Part shown: positions 1 to 8,672 of the stretch, in pieces | Position numbering within the stretch: the stretch's first letter is position 1 | Layout of the letters: every line of letters starts with the position of its first letter | Assembly (NCBI RefSeq): GCF_001652585.1 | Contig: NZ_LWLG01000001.1 | Coordinates: 120,001-152,000 of the forward strand | DNA length: 32,000 bases | DNA from: Thermosulfurimonas dismutans | Lineage (GTDB): Bacteria > Desulfobacterota > Thermodesulfobacteria > Thermodesulfobacteriales > Thermodesulfobacteriaceae | Reading direction: 5' to 3' | Translations under genes and position numbers: made by a program | The notes under the pieces: model-generated | The model's input: the letters and a program-made list of their open reading frames with translations, nothing else | Database searches by the model: none | Told to the model about the DNA's origin: nothing

Positions 1-2647
1 CCTCCCAAAGGACTTCCTTTTCTCCAGGCTCGGGTAGGCTCTCCACCACCTTGAACGAGGATACAATGGCCAGGTATTCCCAGTAGGCGGGATCCGCAAA
101 AATGGGACGCTTTTCCGCCGGAACCGCCGCCAGGACTTCGGCTTCAAGAGAACTCCTTATAAGCTTGGTTTCTTGCCGGGCCTTCTCAAGGGCCTTGGTG
201 ATCTCTCCCCTTATGAGAAGCCGCCTCTCCCAGGACTCAACAAATTCTTCGTCCGGCTCGGGCCAACTTATTTCGGGGAATGAAAGGAGGTGTACGCTCT
301 CCGCTTCCCGTGGAAAAGGATAATATTGGTAGATATCCTCGGCCGTAAAGGAAAGAATAGGTGCCATGAGGCGCACCAAGGCCTCTAGGGCTTCATAAAG
401 TATGGTTTGCGTAGCTCTTCGCAGTCGATCCTCAGGGTGGTCGCAGTAGAGCCGGTCTCGGTTGATGTCAATGGCCAGCGCCGAGAGTTCCACCACACAA
501 AAGCGGTGTATCTCCTGGACTACAATATGAAATTGGTACTCCTCATACGCCCTGCGTACCCGTTTTATGAGTTGTCCAAGACGATAAAGAAGATACCGCT
601 CAAATTCCGGAAGTTCTTCCCAGGGAACCCGATGTTTTTGAGGTTCAAAATCGCAGAGGACGCCTAAAAGATAGCGACAGGTATTACGGATTTTGCGATA
701 GGCTTCCACCAGGCGCTTCAAGATCTCGTCTGAGAGTCTGATGTCCTCCCGATAGTCCTCGGAAGCTACCCAAAGTCGCAAGATCTCGGCCCCGTATTTT
801 TTGATAATGTCCTGAGGATGGACCACGTTACCCAGGCTCTTTGACATCTTGCGCCCTTGACCGTCCACCACAAACCCGTGGGTAAGGACGGACTTGTATG
901 GCGGCACACCTCGTGTGCCTACGGCACAAAGGAGGGAGCTTTGGAACCAGCCCCGGTGTTGGTCCGAACCCTCTAGATAAAGGTCCGCCGGAAAGGCCAG
1001 TTCCGGACGTCTCTCAAGCACGGCCGCGAAAGAGACCCCGGAATCGAACCAGACATCAAGTATATCTTCCTCCTTACGGAACTCTTCGTTTCCACAGACC
1101 GGACATCGCGTGCCTTCAGGCAAGAGTTCCTTCGGCTCCCGCTCGAACCAAAGATCCGTGCCCTCCTTCTCGAAGAGGGCCAAGACCTTTTGGTAATACT
1201 TTTCTTCCCTTAAAAGCTCGCCACATTTTTTACAGACAAAAACAGTAATAGGTACGCCCCAGGCCCGCTGACGCGAAAGACACCAATCCGGCCGTTTTTC
1301 CACCATCCCTCGAATACGCTCCCGTCCCCAGCGGGGGATCCAGGTTACTCGCTCTATAGCTTGCAGGGCTTTTTCTCTCAGGCCCGCCTCCTCCATGGAA
1401 ATGAACCACTGCTCGGTGGCCCGAAAAATAACCGGTTTCTTGCACCGCCAGCAGTGAGGATAGCTGTGTTCTATCTCCGAGGCGTAAAGTAATCGCCCCT
1501 TTTCGCGAAGGACTTCGATAATCTCTTCATTGGCGGAAAAAATCTCCTTTCCACCGAAAAGGGGCATATCTTCTTCAAAATGGCCGGTATCATCCACCGG
1601 AGAATAAACCTCAAGACCGTATTTAAGACCGCTTTCGTAGTCCTCCTCACCGTGGCCGGGAGCAATGTGAACGCAACCGGTTCCGGCCTCAAGGGTCACG
1701 TAATCGGCCAGGATGAAAAGGGATTCCCGGTCGTAAAAGGGATGGCGAGCATGCCGACCCTCAAGCCTCCGGGGATCGAAACGGCAAAGGATCTCCGGAA
1801 GATCCCGGTCAAGCTCGGCACAAAGGGCCGAAAGGCGACCTTCAGCCAGCAGCAGAATCTCTTCGTCCCATTTCACCGCTACGTACTCAAATTCCGGGTT
1901 GAGCGCCACGGCCAAGTTGGCTGGAAGAGTCCAAGGAGTAGTAGTCCAAATAACCACTGAAACCGGGGCCTTAGGAAGATCCGGAAGGGCCGCCCGGGCA
2001 TCCTCTGCCAGAGGAAACTTGACATAAATAGAAGGGGAACGGTGGTTTTCGTATTCCACTTCGGCCTCGGCCAGCGCCGTCACACAGTGTGTACACCAAA
2101 AAACCGGTTTTTTGCGGCGATAGACCTGTCCGGAAGCTAGAAACTTCACAAACTCCCTGGCGATGGTGGCCTCATATTCAGGGGTCATGGTGAGGTAGGG
2201 ATTATCCCAGTCTCCTAGTACGCCCAGGCGTCGGAATTCCTCCCGCTGGATGTCTATAAAACGGTGGGCATAGGCCCGACAATTTTTACGAATTTCGTTT
2301 TTGGGAAGTTCTCCACGCCGAACACCCAGCTCCCGTTCCACATTGAGCTCGATGGGCAACCCGTGACAGTCCCAGCCCGGGACATAGGGGGCTCGATAGC
2401 CCATCATTCGCCGGCTCTTAAGGATTATGTCTTTCAAGACCTTGTTTAGGGCCGTGCCCATATGAATGTGTCCATTGGCGTAAGGGGGTCCATCGTGAAG
2501 CACGAAAACCGGCCCTTGGCGTTGATTAAGCCTCTCATAAAGCCCGATTTCCTCCCAGAACTTGAGAAACTCCGGCTCCCTCTCTGGGAGTTTACCTTTC
2601 ATGGGAAAGTCCGTCTTCGGCAAATTGAGAGTCTCCTTCCAGTCCAT
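1..2647 (-). CDS. ileS: isoleucyl-tRNA synthetase, N-terminal ~882 codons (3' end lies beyond window start)
   Basis: Own translation of the minus strand from ATG at 2647: MDWKETLNLPKTDFPMKG... It has the HIGH motif PYANGHIHMGTA, the KMSKS motif GRKMSKSLGN and editing-domain-like WTTTPWTLPAN. The frame has no stop down to position 1, which explains its absence from the ORF track. Confidence 0.9.
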   Translation of the reverse strand, partial: MDWKETLNLPKTDFPMKGKLPEREPEFLKFWEEIGLYERLNQRQGPVFVLHDGPPYANGHIHMGTALNKVLKDIILKSRRMMGYRAPYVPGWDCHGLPIELNVERELGVRRGELPKNEIRKNCRAYAHRFIDIQREEFRRLGVLGDWDNPYLTMTPEYEATIAREFVKFLASGQVYRRKKPVFWCTHCVTALAEAEVEYENHRSPSIYVKFPLAEDARAALPDLPKAPVSVVIWTTTPWTLPANLAVALNPEFEYVAVKWDEEILLLAEGRLSALCAELDRDLPEILCRFDPRRLEGRHARHPFYDRESLFILADYVTLEAGTGCVHIAPGHGEEDYESGLKYGLEVYSPVDDTGHFEEDMPLFGGKEIFSANEEIIEVLREKGRLLYASEIEHSYPHCWRCKKPVIFRATEQWFISMEEAGLREKALQAIERVTWIPRWGRERIRGMVEKRPDWCLSRQRAWGVPITVFVCKKCGELLREEKYYQKVLALFEKEGTDLWFEREPKELLPEGTRCPVCGNEEFRKEEDILDVWFDSGVSFAAVLERRPELAFPADLYLEGSDQHRGWFQSSLLCAVGTRGVPPYKSVLTHGFVVDGQGRKMSKSLGNVVHPQDIIKKYGAEILRLWVASEDYREDIRLSDEILKRLVEAYRKIRNTCRYLLGVLCDFEPQKHRVPWEELPEFERYLLYRLGQLIKRVRRAYEEYQFHIVVQEIHRFCVVELSALAIDINRDRLYCDHPEDRLRRATQTILYEALEALVRLMAPILSFTAEDIYQYYPFPREAESVHLLSFPEISWPEPDEEFVESWERRLLIRGEITKALEKARQETKLIRSSLEAEVLAAVPAEKRPIFADPAYWEYLAIVSSFKVVESLPEPGEKEVLWE

Positions 2648-2781
2648 AAATAAGCCCTCCTGCGCCTTCAAACTTGTTAATACTTAACCCACATACGCCT
2701 TCAATTTCAAGGAAATATCCGATTCTATAATAACACCGAATCCCTAAATTAAGGGGGGCTAAACTGAAATAAGAAAAGAAG

Positions 2782-4554
2782 TTAGTATTCCTCAGAAGGC
2801 CACATATCCGGAGTAAAACGTACTACCCGATTGCGCCCCATTTCTTTGGCCTTGTAAAGAGCCACATCCGCATACTTGATGGCTTCCCAAGCCCCCTGGG
2901 CATCAACTGGAAATTCACTTACCCCGATGGATATGGTTCGCTGCAAAACGCCTTTAGGAGTTTCAAACCTGTGAGCTTCTACAAGACTCCTTAACTTCTC
3001 TGCAATTTTGACACTTTCACCCTCTTTGACATCCACCAAAAGGATCAGGAACTCCTCGCCCCCAAATCTCACTACTAGATCGGAAGCCCTCACATTGGTT
3101 TTCAGAATCTGAGCCGTCTCCCTTAAGACCTTGTCGCCCACGTCGTGGCCATATTTGTCGTTTACGGACTTAAAGTAATCCAAGTCTGCCATAAGGATCC
3201 CAAGAACCGTGCCCCGGCGCAGAATTCCGGCCACTATATTATCCAAGGCCTCCTCAAGGAACCTACGATTGTAAAGTCCAGTCAAAGGATCTTTTAGGGT
3301 TTGCTCTTTAAGGGATTCAGCGTATCTTTTGGCCTCAATTACCGGTACTGCTTCTCGAATATATCTTTCAGCCAGCTTCAACTTTTCATGAATCTTTTTG
3401 GATTTCCTGGTCTCCTGGGTTTTGGGCAGAATGATTTGGGCCACCCCTACACATCGACCACCGCTCATGAAGGGCACACAGTAGTGCTCGGCTTCCTCTT
3501 TCCAAAGGAAAAGCCGACACACGCCGGGCTGCCCAATGGAACTCACCAAATGACCGGTCCTTTTGGCCCGACAAAGATCGGCATTAAAGAGTTTTTCGGA
3601 ATTTACCTCTAGATCTGGATTCGAAAGTTGCATAATGCGCATGGAATTCTGGGAGTTTGAAACCTGATAAAAAGCAAAAGTCTTCAAATCAAGTTTTTCT
3701 TTAAAAACTTCGGCTAACCTTTCGTAAACTTCCTCTACAGTTTGATCCTCTTCGATAGTATGTTTAAATTGGGCTAGTTCTCCATAGCTACGAAGCAAAT
3801 CTCTTACCGCCGACGAGAGACGACCTATCTCATCGTTAGCGTAATATTTCAGCTTGCAGCGTTCAGGATCATCCAAACACAAAGACTCTCCCTCGATAAG
3901 AAGCCTTTGAATTTGTGAAACAATGCGATCCAAAGGTCTTTTAACAATGAAAAAGAATGCTAAGGCCCCCCATATGAGGAAAAATCCCAAAATCAGGAAA
4001 AGCAAAATATAGAGATAGTCCGTTCTTTCAGAAAGATTCCTTAATTCCTTTTGTAAGATCTCTTCTTGGTTTATAGCCCATTTCAAAACCATATCCCAGT
4101 TTTTACGGACTTCAGGAATAGAAAAATTTTCGATTATGGCCTTCAGAGCCGCCTGAATCTCTTCGTCAGAAGCGGTTTTATAGATCTTTACTAGTTCTCG
4201 CCCATCCCTTTCATAGACTCCCCCTCTGAGGCCTATCCGGGCTAATTCTTTTATGGAAGCTTCCAAAAGCAGACGTTCGGCACTTTGAGAAGGGAGTTTT
4301 TCCCATTTTTCTAGCAATAAAAGGCCTTCTTGGGCCAAACTTTTATAAGCATAGAAGGGCGCTTCTTCTATATGTTTTCTTAAGTGGTTTAACCTTTCGT
4401 AAAAATAAAAGGCTATGAGGGTATTTATAAGAACACAGCTGCCAATTACAAAACCTATCTTCCAGAATAAACTTAAATCCAGAAGATACTTTAAGGGTTT
4501 AAGAATGTATTTCCTAAAATTTTCTGTCATAGATAAGTTTCTGAAAATTTTCAT
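2782..4554 (-). CDS. membrane-bound diguanylate cyclase (two TM segments flanking a ~130-aa extracytoplasmic region, Cys-containing GAF-like middle region, C-terminal GGDEF)
   Basis: 590-aa ORF with the active-site motif RFGGEEF. An RxxD I-site (RASD) lies 5 residues upstream. Hydrophobic stretches occur near residues 30-50 and 185-205. Confidence 0.85.
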   Translation of the reverse strand: MKIFRNLSMTENFRKYILKPLKYLLDLSLFWKIGFVIGSCVLINTLIAFYFYERLNHLRKHIEEAPFYAYKSLAQEGLLLLEKWEKLPSQSAERLLLEASIKELARIGLRGGVYERDGRELVKIYKTASDEEIQAALKAIIENFSIPEVRKNWDMVLKWAINQEEILQKELRNLSERTDYLYILLFLILGFFLIWGALAFFFIVKRPLDRIVSQIQRLLIEGESLCLDDPERCKLKYYANDEIGRLSSAVRDLLRSYGELAQFKHTIEEDQTVEEVYERLAEVFKEKLDLKTFAFYQVSNSQNSMRIMQLSNPDLEVNSEKLFNADLCRAKRTGHLVSSIGQPGVCRLFLWKEEAEHYCVPFMSGGRCVGVAQIILPKTQETRKSKKIHEKLKLAERYIREAVPVIEAKRYAESLKEQTLKDPLTGLYNRRFLEEALDNIVAGILRRGTVLGILMADLDYFKSVNDKYGHDVGDKVLRETAQILKTNVRASDLVVRFGGEEFLILLVDVKEGESVKIAEKLRSLVEAHRFETPKGVLQRTISIGVSEFPVDAQGAWEAIKYADVALYKAKEMGRNRVVRFTPDMWPSEEY

Positions 4555-4601
4555 CCTCTATTAGCAAAATAGCTCCTAATAGTCAAGCCTTGGTGACAAT
4601 A

Positions 4602-5207
4602 TCAAGATAATTTCCGTTCAAAAGCCAAAACAAAGATTTCTCGACTTGAGGAACGGGTGCTTTTAGGACGAAACAATTTGATTCTCTTAAAATGTCTGGC
4701 GACCTCTTCTCTAAAAACCGGAAACCGCTCCCCCTCAAAGACCTTGACCATGAAAACTCCTTGAGGAGAAAGAAGTTCACAGGCTAATTCTAAGGCTCTT
4801 CGGGCCAAATGCAGGGAGCGAAAATGATCACCAGAACGATCTCCTGTAGTCTTGGGAGCCAGATCGCTCAAGACCGCATCATAGAAGTCCTTGGGAGAAA
4901 GCGCCCGTAATTCTTCGGAAGAAATCTCGAACACATCCTTTTGCAGGAAAACAAAATGGGCCGTTTTCAAAGACACTTGACCGAGATCCAAACCTACCAC
5001 CAATCCTTTAGGTCCCACAATCTTTAGGGCATATTTGCTCCAGGCCCCCGGAGCACAGCCCAGATCAAGGACCACATCTCCGGGTTTAAGCAAGCGGTAT
5101 TTGCTCTGGGCTTCCTTGAGCTTATAGACCGACCGGGCAGGGAAACCTTCCTGTTTGGCCTTGCGGGTATAATGATCCGCCCAAGGATTCTTCTTTTTCC
5201 GGGCCAT
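4602..5207 (-). CDS. rlmE: 23S rRNA 2'-O-ribose methyltransferase (FtsJ/RrmJ family)
   Basis: RSVYKLKEAQSKYRLLKPGDVVLDLGCAPGAWSKYA is typical of FtsJ/RlmE. I prefer the ATG at 5207 (MARKKKNPW), 4 nt after the proC stop. The track start at 5225 is the alternative. Confidence 0.85.
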   Translation of the reverse strand: MARKKKNPWADHYTRKAKQEGFPARSVYKLKEAQSKYRLLKPGDVVLDLGCAPGAWSKYALKIVGPKGLVVGLDLGQVSLKTAHFVFLQKDVFEISSEELRALSPKDFYDAVLSDLAPKTTGDRSGDHFRSLHLARRALELACELLSPQGVFMVKVFEGERFPVFREEVARHFKRIKLFRPKSTRSSSREIFVLAFERKLS

Positions 5208-5211
5208 AAGT

Positions 5212-6021
5212 TCAATCCTTACCAAGTTCCCTTGATCGCCTAGTGGCTGCCGATACGGCCTCCATAACTGCGCCGTGAAAACCCCGGTCGGCCAGGGCCT
5301 TGAGACCGGTGATGGTAGTCCCTCCAGGAGAGGTCACCATCGCTTTAAGGGCATAGGGGTCCTTTCCGGTCTCTTTCATGAGCTTGGCCGCCCCGAGCAC
5401 GGTCTCAACCGCGAGCTTCTCCGCCACCTCCCTAGGGAGCCCCTCCTTGACGCCCCCATCCACTAGGGCCTCTATAAAGGCAAAAACGTAAGCCGGACCG
5501 CTTCCTGAAAGTCCGGTCACGGCGTCGAATAGAGTTTCCGGTAGCCTTACTACCTCTCCTAGGGCGGAAAAGATCTTCTCGGCAGTCTTCAGATCATCCT
5601 CGCTAGCCCCTGGGCCTTTACAGAGAGCGCTCACACCGGCCAGAACCAAGGCCGGCGTGTTGGGCATAACTCGCACGAGGCGAGCCCCTTCGCCCAAGAA
5701 TTGGGTCATCTGCGAGAGGGTCACGCCTGCAGCGATTGATATCAAGAGGGGTTGGTGTTCCTCCACCTTCGTACGAATCTCAGAAAGTACCTGAGGAACG
5801 ATTTGAGGTTTGACCGCCAGAATCACCACCGCGCATTTTTCAATAAGCTTGAGATTGTCAAATAAGACCTCAACTCCATATTTTTCGGCCAGAAAGGCCC
5901 TGCGGGACTCACTAGGCTCGGAAACCACCACTTCCTCTCCCTTAAAGACAGCAGCCGCAAGACCGCCTTTTATGATGGCTTCGGCCATCTGCCCCCCACC
6001 GATGAAGCCCACTTTCTCCAT
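5212..6021 (-). CDS. proC: pyrroline-5-carboxylate reductase
   Basis: MEKVGFIGGGQMAEAII Rossmann N-terminus and P5CR-like C-terminus (SPGGTTITGL). The ATG at 6021 has GGAGGAGG 6 nt upstream. The track start at 6039 adds 6 codons without an SD. Confidence 0.9.
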   Translation of the reverse strand: MEKVGFIGGGQMAEAIIKGGLAAAVFKGEEVVVSEPSESRRAFLAEKYGVEVLFDNLKLIEKCAVVILAVKPQIVPQVLSEIRTKVEEHQPLLISIAAGVTLSQMTQFLGEGARLVRVMPNTPALVLAGVSALCKGPGASEDDLKTAEKIFSALGEVVRLPETLFDAVTGLSGSGPAYVFAFIEALVDGGVKEGLPREVAEKLAVETVLGAAKLMKETGKDPYALKAMVTSPGGTTITGLKALADRGFHGAVMEAVSAATRRSRELGKD

Positions 6022-6131
6022 CCGAAACCTCCTCCACAAGGTCTCAAGTTAGTATACCACCTTTTTCCGATAATTATTTAGATGGCGGCCCTAATGACAA
6101 TTTTCCTTCAATCCCCTGACTTCCATAAGAC

Positions 6132-6186
6132 GGCCCCTCTTCAAAGTTACGGAGGAAATTTGCTGTGGTACCTCCCTTTGAAGGCC
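6132..6186. other. long bulged hairpin (about 16 bp, 15-nt loop) between tRNA-Leu and the proC promoter region
   Basis: GGCC/GGCC, TTCAAAG/CTTTGAA and GGAGG/CCTCC pair around the loop AAATTTGCTGTGGTA. There is no U-tract on either strand. Confidence 0.4.
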
Positions 6187-6206
6187 GCGAAGGACTTACT
6201 ATGCTT

Positions 6207-6293
6207 GGTGCCGAGGGCGGGAGTCGAACCCGCACGGGGGTAAACCCCAGCGGATTTTGAGTCCGCCGCGTCTGCCAGTTCCGCCACCTCGGC
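6207..6293 (-). tRNA. tRNA-Leu (anticodon CAA), long variable arm, encoded CCA
   Basis: The reverse complement GCCGAGGTGGCGGAACTGGCAGACGCGGCGGACTCAAAATCCGC...GCGGGTTCGACTCCCGCCCTCGGCACCA folds as a cloverleaf. Anticodon loop is CTCAAAA. T-arm is GCGGG/TTCGACT/CCCGC. Confidence 0.9.
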
Positions 6294-6406
6294 TTATTCC
6301 AAATTTTAAAATTATAGCTCCCATTGCGCAAGCGGGGGATTGCAGCCTCACCAAAAGAATTATCTTTTGAATTAAAGCCCCAAGGTGTTATGTTAAATGC
6401 CTACAG

Positions 6407-6937
6407 ATGTTAACCATAAAAAGGTTTAATACCCTCTCCAAGGAGCTCCTGGCGGCCCTGGTGGATCTTTACCAGGAAGCCTATCGGGATGATCCCACTT
6501 ACGCTTACCGGGAGCGTAAACGAATAAAGAGTTACCTTAAATGGCTTCTGCGCCACGCGCGGGGTGGTTTTTTTGTAGCCTTTGAGAAAGAAAAACCCGT
6601 AGGGTTCCTCGCCCTTGAGGAAATGGCCCCGGCGCCGGAAATTCATGAGATCGTAGTTCTTCCGGAATTTAAAGGCCAACACCTGGCCGAAAAGCTCATG
6701 GCCGAGGCTCTCTCTTACCTTCAGGCCAAGGGTTATTCGCGGGTGGCCCTGTGGGTGGGCGAACATAATCTAAGGGCCCAACGGTTTTACGAAAAATTCG
6801 GTTTTAAAAAGATCGGAAAGGACGGGATCTGGATTCGCATGGAAAAGAATCTTCAGGAGAAAGACTTGACGAGTTCCCACAAAACTGCAAAGGCTTCTTC
6901 CACCTCGGAAAGAGAGATGGTCTCCTCCGGGGTATGA
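6407..6937 (+). CDS. GNAT-family N-acetyltransferase
   Basis: The acetyl-CoA binding-like core is IVVLPEFKGQHLAEKLMAEAL...RFYEKFGFK. The last ~27 codons overlap the convergent M20 peptidase gene. Confidence 0.75.
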   Translation: MLTIKRFNTLSKELLAALVDLYQEAYRDDPTYAYRERKRIKSYLKWLLRHARGGFFVAFEKEKPVGFLALEEMAPAPEIHEIVVLPEFKGQHLAEKLMAEALSYLQAKGYSRVALWVGEHNLRAQRFYEKFGFKKIGKDGIWIRMEKNLQEKDLTSSHKTAKASSTSEREMVSSGV

Positions 6938-7926
6938 CAGAGGGTCAAATCCCCCGGTCCGAAAACCACGGCTTGGGTACCAGCCGCTGCTAGATGGGCA
7001 GCGTCCGTCCAGCTGGGCATCCCGGAAAGAATGGCTTCTTTGCAAAGGGCCTTCCCAATAGCCCTTTCCAGGGCCACGACTATCCGAGAATTCTTATCAA
7101 CATAGAAGGCCTCCGAAATATCCTTTATACGATAAGAAACCCAGGTGTATCTGTTTAACACGGCCTCAATGTCGGCGATAATACCCTTCAAGTCTTGTCC
7201 AGGAAGTATCCGGAACTCCAGTTCCAGTTCGGCCTTTTCGGGAACCCTTAAGAGCCCGTCCCCCCCGGAAAACTTTTCGATGTTGAGCCCTGCCGGCCCT
7301 ACCAGAGGATGTTCCTCGTAGAGAAAGGACAATCTCTTAAGCTCTCCAATGAGCTCTATAGCCCGTTCAATGGCGTTTGCTCCCCGGTAAGCCAGGCTCC
7401 CGTGAACGGAACGCCCCCTGACTTCCACCTCAAATTCCACGGACCCCCCTTCGGCAATGGCCACGGTGAGACTGGTGGGTTCAAGGACCACCGCATAGGG
7501 AAACCGGTATTCCTCGGCCAGCTTTGCCGAACCTCGGCCCTCATTTTCCTCATCTACCAGAAAGGCCAGGGCCACCGGGGGCTTCAGGCCTTCGGCTACA
7601 AGCCTCTCAGCCAGAACCATAAGGAGGGCCACTCCGGCCTTGGCGTCGCACACCCCTACCCCGAAGAGGCGGTCTTCTTCGGCTTTAGGCGGGAAGAGCC
7701 CCAGAGATAAAGGAACGGTATCCACATGGGTAGCCAAAAGCAACTCCGGCTGCTCGGAAAAAGATACATAGAGATTGGGAGAACAGCCCGGAACTTCCTG
7801 AAGACGATAAGGAATTCGCAACCGGGAAAGGTAATCCCCTATAAAGCGAAGGACCGCCTCTTCTTTTCCACTTTCACTGGGAATAGAAGCCAGACTTAAA
7901 ATAAGATCCTTAAAATAGGTCTTCAT
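6853..7926 (-). CDS. M20-family metallopeptidase / deacylase (ArgE/DapE-like)
   Basis: ATHVDTVP, GVGVCDAKAG and LVDEENEG are metal-ligand-like motifs of the M20 family. The start at 7926 (MKTYFKD) gives an ATGA overlap with the upstream stop. The track start at 7959 is less likely. Confidence 0.75.
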   Translation of the reverse strand: MKTYFKDLILSLASIPSESGKEEAVLRFIGDYLSRLRIPYRLQEVPGCSPNLYVSFSEQPELLLATHVDTVPLSLGLFPPKAEEDRLFGVGVCDAKAGVALLMVLAERLVAEGLKPPVALAFLVDEENEGRGSAKLAEEYRFPYAVVLEPTSLTVAIAEGGSVEFEVEVRGRSVHGSLAYRGANAIERAIELIGELKRLSFLYEEHPLVGPAGLNIEKFSGGDGLLRVPEKAELELEFRILPGQDLKGIIADIEAVLNRYTWVSYRIKDISEAFYVDKNSRIVVALERAIGKALCKEAILSGMPSWTDAAHLAAAGTQAVVFGPGDLTLCHTPEETISLSEVEEAFAVLWELVKSFS

Positions 7927-8672
7927 TTCCCTGGAGGCCCAAAAGTAATCAAAGGGCAATTACGACAGATATCTTCCCCCACAAGCCTAGGGCCTCCTAA
8001 GAAGGAAACCTTCCCCTCACGGGCTTTTTCCTCAAGGACTCTCAGTACGATCTTGAAGGCCTCGCCAGGAAAGGCCAAAATGAGCTCTCCTCTATCCATC
8101 TTTCCAGAAGAGAAGGCCCCCGGACAGGGGAAACTCATAACCGGATAACCCGTAAGGTAGGCCTTCACCATACTGCCACAGACCGCAGCGTTGGGATAGT
8201 GTGAAAGCGGAATTTCCGTCAATCCAGCCCCATAAAGATAAAAATCCAGAAGATGGGCGGCCTGCAGGGTATCCACCACCATGAGAACGACCTCTGGGTC
8301 CCGATAGGCCTTGGCAAGCGGCACAAATCCGAAGCCCCTAAACTCTCCCTCTTTTAGACGAGGCCTTTCCCGATAGAGTCTTTCCGCAGCCTCCGGCTGC
8401 AGAAACTTATGTAGAGTCTTCATGACGTTCTGTTCCCGATAGGGAAACCCCACCACAAAGGCCGCCGTCTGACAATGAAGATTCTCAGGAAGAAGGAGGA
8501 GGCTCTCCCCAACCTCCCTTACATGGGCCAGATACTGGCAGATGGAGAGCCGGTTTTTGGGCCGAGCCTCCGGCCGAAACTCTTCGTCTCCCCGGAGGAA
8601 AAAGACCGCTACGGGATCGTGATAGAGCCTCAGGGTCTTTAAAAGAAGTTCGGCGGCCTCATCCCAGCGCAT
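7923..8672 (-). CDS. DUF169-like protein of unknown function
   Basis: The N-terminus LRLYHDPVAVFFLRGDEEF...SICQYL resembles the DUF169 family from memory. The ATG at 8672 has GGAGGTG 5 nt upstream and overlaps the metG stop as TAATG. Confidence 0.6.
   Translation of the reverse strand: MRWDEAAELLLKTLRLYHDPVAVFFLRGDEEFRPEARPKNRLSICQYLAHVREVGESLLLLPENLHCQTAAFVVGFPYREQNVMKTLHKFLQPEAAERLYRERPRLKEGEFRGFGFVPLAKAYRDPEVVLMVVDTLQAAHLLDFYLYGAGLTEIPLSHYPNAAVCGSMVKAYLTGYPVMSFPCPGAFSSGKMDRGELILAFPGEAFKIVLRVLEEKAREGKVSFLGGPRLVGEDICRNCPLITFGPPGK

Noticed and set aside
898-1960. Track ORFs of 116, 71, 73 and 126 aa within 898-1960
   Set aside because: All lie antisense to, or out of frame with, the continuous ileS reading frame on the minus strand. 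Their compositions are Pro/Arg-rich shadow-frame artefacts.
6074-6331. 85-aa minus-strand ORF
   Set aside because: It runs straight through the tRNA-Leu gene and the hairpin region, and it has no SD.
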